A stretch of DNA of 64,000 nt, from the sequence record NZ_CP145916.1; one strand, given 5' to 3'. This document shows, piece after piece, positions 62,437 through 64,000 of the stretch. A program made the position numbers and the translations under genes. The DNA comes from a plasmid. The notes beneath the pieces are model-generated. The model made no database searches. It had not been told where the DNA came from and worked only from the letters and a program-made list of their open reading frames with translations. The stretch's first letter is position 1, and every line of letters starts with the position of its first letter.

Positions 62437-62462
62437 AAGGGATTGTCACAACAATCCCTTTG
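62437..62462 (+). terminator. hairpin terminator after traV
   Basis: AAAGGGATTGTcacaACAATCCCTTT. Confidence 0.5.
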
Positions 62463-62602
62463 CTATTTCTGCGGCTTATACCCTATGATTGTTAATGCAG
62501 TGATCGCCACACCACATTATTTGCATTCAGTCGCAATATCTCCCCCCAGATATTGCATCCCCCCACCAAGCTGAAAAAAAAATGCAAATAGGAGTTCGCT
62601 GT

Positions 62603-62633
62603 AAAACCCGCCTGTTTTTCAGGCGGGTTTTTC
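62603..62633 (+). terminator. strong rho-independent terminator
   Basis: AAAACCCGCCTGtttttCAGGCGGGTTTTTC. Confidence 0.7.
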
Positions 62634-62717
62634 TACCCCAAAACGTCCCCTTTTTCATTACTACTTTATTGAAAACATGTGAAACAATGCGCTTTCTACC
62701 AACTGAGAGAAAGCACT

Positions 62718-63464
62718 ATGTCACTAAAAAAATGTTTTTTTGCAGCCTCCTTACTCGCTGTTCTGACAGCTACAGCTTTTGCTGGTACGGGCTCACCAAC
62801 CGATACAGTATTTACTGAAAACGCCTTAAAAGCGGCCCCTAAAAACTCAGCTACACCTAAACGTTTTGTCCTCCCGACAAATGGAATGATCGCGCTTGAT
62901 ATTGACGGGAAACTCAACGTCATGACGTCTAACGGTCGCTTTATCATGAAAGGCTACCTTTATGATACATGGGCAAAGAAACCACTGGATACCTATGCAG
63001 AGCTCACCAAATACGCGAGCATCATTCCGTTAAAAGAATTAAACCTCAATATCGCTGACCTGCAACCGGCTGTCTGGGGAAGTGGCCCTGAAAAAGTGAT
63101 GATTTTCACTGATCCAAACTGCCCGTATTGCCATCAGGTTCTCAAAGAACTGGCAGACCTTGACCCGAAAAAATACACAGTGAGTGTTATTTCGCTGGGT
63201 GCTCTCGGTGAAGAAAGTAAGAAGCGTAATCAGGAGCTGTATTGCGCCAGTGACCGCTACCGGGCAGACCGCGCCATCATTTCTGGTGACAAAACGACTC
63301 AGTTTGATCAAGTCAAAGACTGTGACCAGACGGCAATGATCCGCCGCAATATTACCGCGCAAGTGCTCGGTGTAAGTTTGATACCTTTCATCATTCGTGA
63401 TGACGGAAATTTCAGCATCGGCAAGCCAGCGCAGGGTTTGAAAGACTATCTCGAAGCTAAATAA
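62718..63464 (+). CDS. dsbC: DsbC-like periplasmic disulfide isomerase
   Basis: Signal peptide MSLKKCFFAASLLAVLTATAFA, N-terminal dimerisation-like region, CPYC active site (IFTDPNCPYCHQ). Confidence 0.7.
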   Translation: MSLKKCFFAASLLAVLTATAFAGTGSPTDTVFTENALKAAPKNSATPKRFVLPTNGMIALDIDGKLNVMTSNGRFIMKGYLYDTWAKKPLDTYAELTKYASIIPLKELNLNIADLQPAVWGSGPEKVMIFTDPNCPYCHQVLKELADLDPKKYTVSVISLGALGEESKKRNQELYCASDRYRADRAIISGDKTTQFDQVKDCDQTAMIRRNITAQVLGVSLIPFIIRDDGNFSIGKPAQGLKDYLEAK

Positions 63465-63484
63465 ATTCTGTCTGGGGGGAAAGA

Positions 63485-64000
63485 ATGAGTGAATCATTAA
63501 TTGTTCGTAAATTAAAAGGGATTAAACGTTTTTCCGATGTGTGTCCGGTGAACGCATATGATGAGAAAAATCGTCTCTTTACGCTGGAAAACAAATACAT
63601 CGCATTCGGCTTCGTCTGTCGCCCTTTGGCCGGGAGTACCGGAAAGGAAACTGATCAGCTGAAAACGTTGCTGTCATCAAATTTTCCGCCAAAAACTATC
63701 GTGCAATGGGATCTCATTGCCAGCCCAAATATCGTGAAGAAAATAAATCAGATGGATTTCCTTCGTATCAATTGCGAAGACCCCATTCTGAAAAATGCAA
63801 TTTATAACCGTTCTAAATTTCTTTTACATAGTACCGATTACCCTATGAAGGGGGTTGGTACTCGCGTGCGTGACTGCCTGCTTGTCTGCACCGTAAAAAT
63901 TCCTATAAAAGCCAATTACGAACCCAAAGATGAGGAAATGAACTTATTTAATGAGTTCAGAACTAGCTTTGATACATCGCTCGGCATACTTGGCCTTGCT
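63485..64000 (+). CDS. traC: F-type T4SS ATPase TraC (VirB4-like), N-terminal 172 codons; continues past window end
   Basis: Position after dsbC; N-terminal pattern NRLFTLENKYIAFGFVCRPLAGS resembles TraC N-domain (ESGLF...MGF). Confidence 0.6.
   Translation, partial: MSESLIVRKLKGIKRFSDVCPVNAYDEKNRLFTLENKYIAFGFVCRPLAGSTGKETDQLKTLLSSNFPPKTIVQWDLIASPNIVKKINQMDFLRINCEDPILKNAIYNRSKFLLHSTDYPMKGVGTRVRDCLLVCTVKIPIKANYEPKDEEMNLFNEFRTSFDTSLGILGLA

Noticed and set aside
62582-62818. 78-aa ORF in the traV-dsbC spacer
   Set aside because: It reads through the strongest rho-independent terminator hairpin (62603-62633) and overlaps the dsbC start, and it has a low-complexity F/L-rich composition.

Overview
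The window reads as part of a large self-transmissible element (conjugative plasmid or ICE) from a gammaproteobacterium, with a backbone of about 45% GC. The right end (51.4-64 kb) carries a MOB_H-type relaxase gene (traI, HD-hydrolase motifs), a coupling-protein gene (traD), a traJ-like membrane gene, and an F-type mating-pair-formation block traL-traE-traK-traB-traV followed by dsbC and the start of traC. The left 2.3 kb is foreign high-GC DNA (about 62% GC): the mer module of a Tn21/Tn501-family transposon, with merA (partial), merC, merP and merT on the minus strand and merR divergent, including the recognisable MerR operator dyad and PmerT. It ends in the 38-bp terminal inverted repeat at 2266-2303. 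Between these lie about 45 kb of accessory and maintenance genes. From 5.8 to 20.9 kb there is one long unidirectional plus-strand array with a DinG-family Fe-S helicase, a Dam-like methyltransferase, RdgC, a second large N6-adenine methyltransferase, two DUF2726 paralogs, a NYN-domain protein and many unknowns. A cluster of secreted-protein genes follows, then a large gene (about 1126 aa) with an apparent -1 frameshift. An IS5-family element (33257-34453) sits between perfect CTAA target-site duplications. Downstream are a kilA/TelA-like klaABC-type operon, an S26 signal peptidase I homologue, a membrane-anchored Mrr-cat/zinc-ribbon protein, a ParB-like nuclease-domain protein, a UvrD-like helicase, a displaced pilin-like gene, a PLD-family Nuc endonuclease and three thioredoxin-fold Dsb paralogs. 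I found no rRNA, tRNA or CRISPR array. All family assignments come from motifs read in the translations; no database search was possible.
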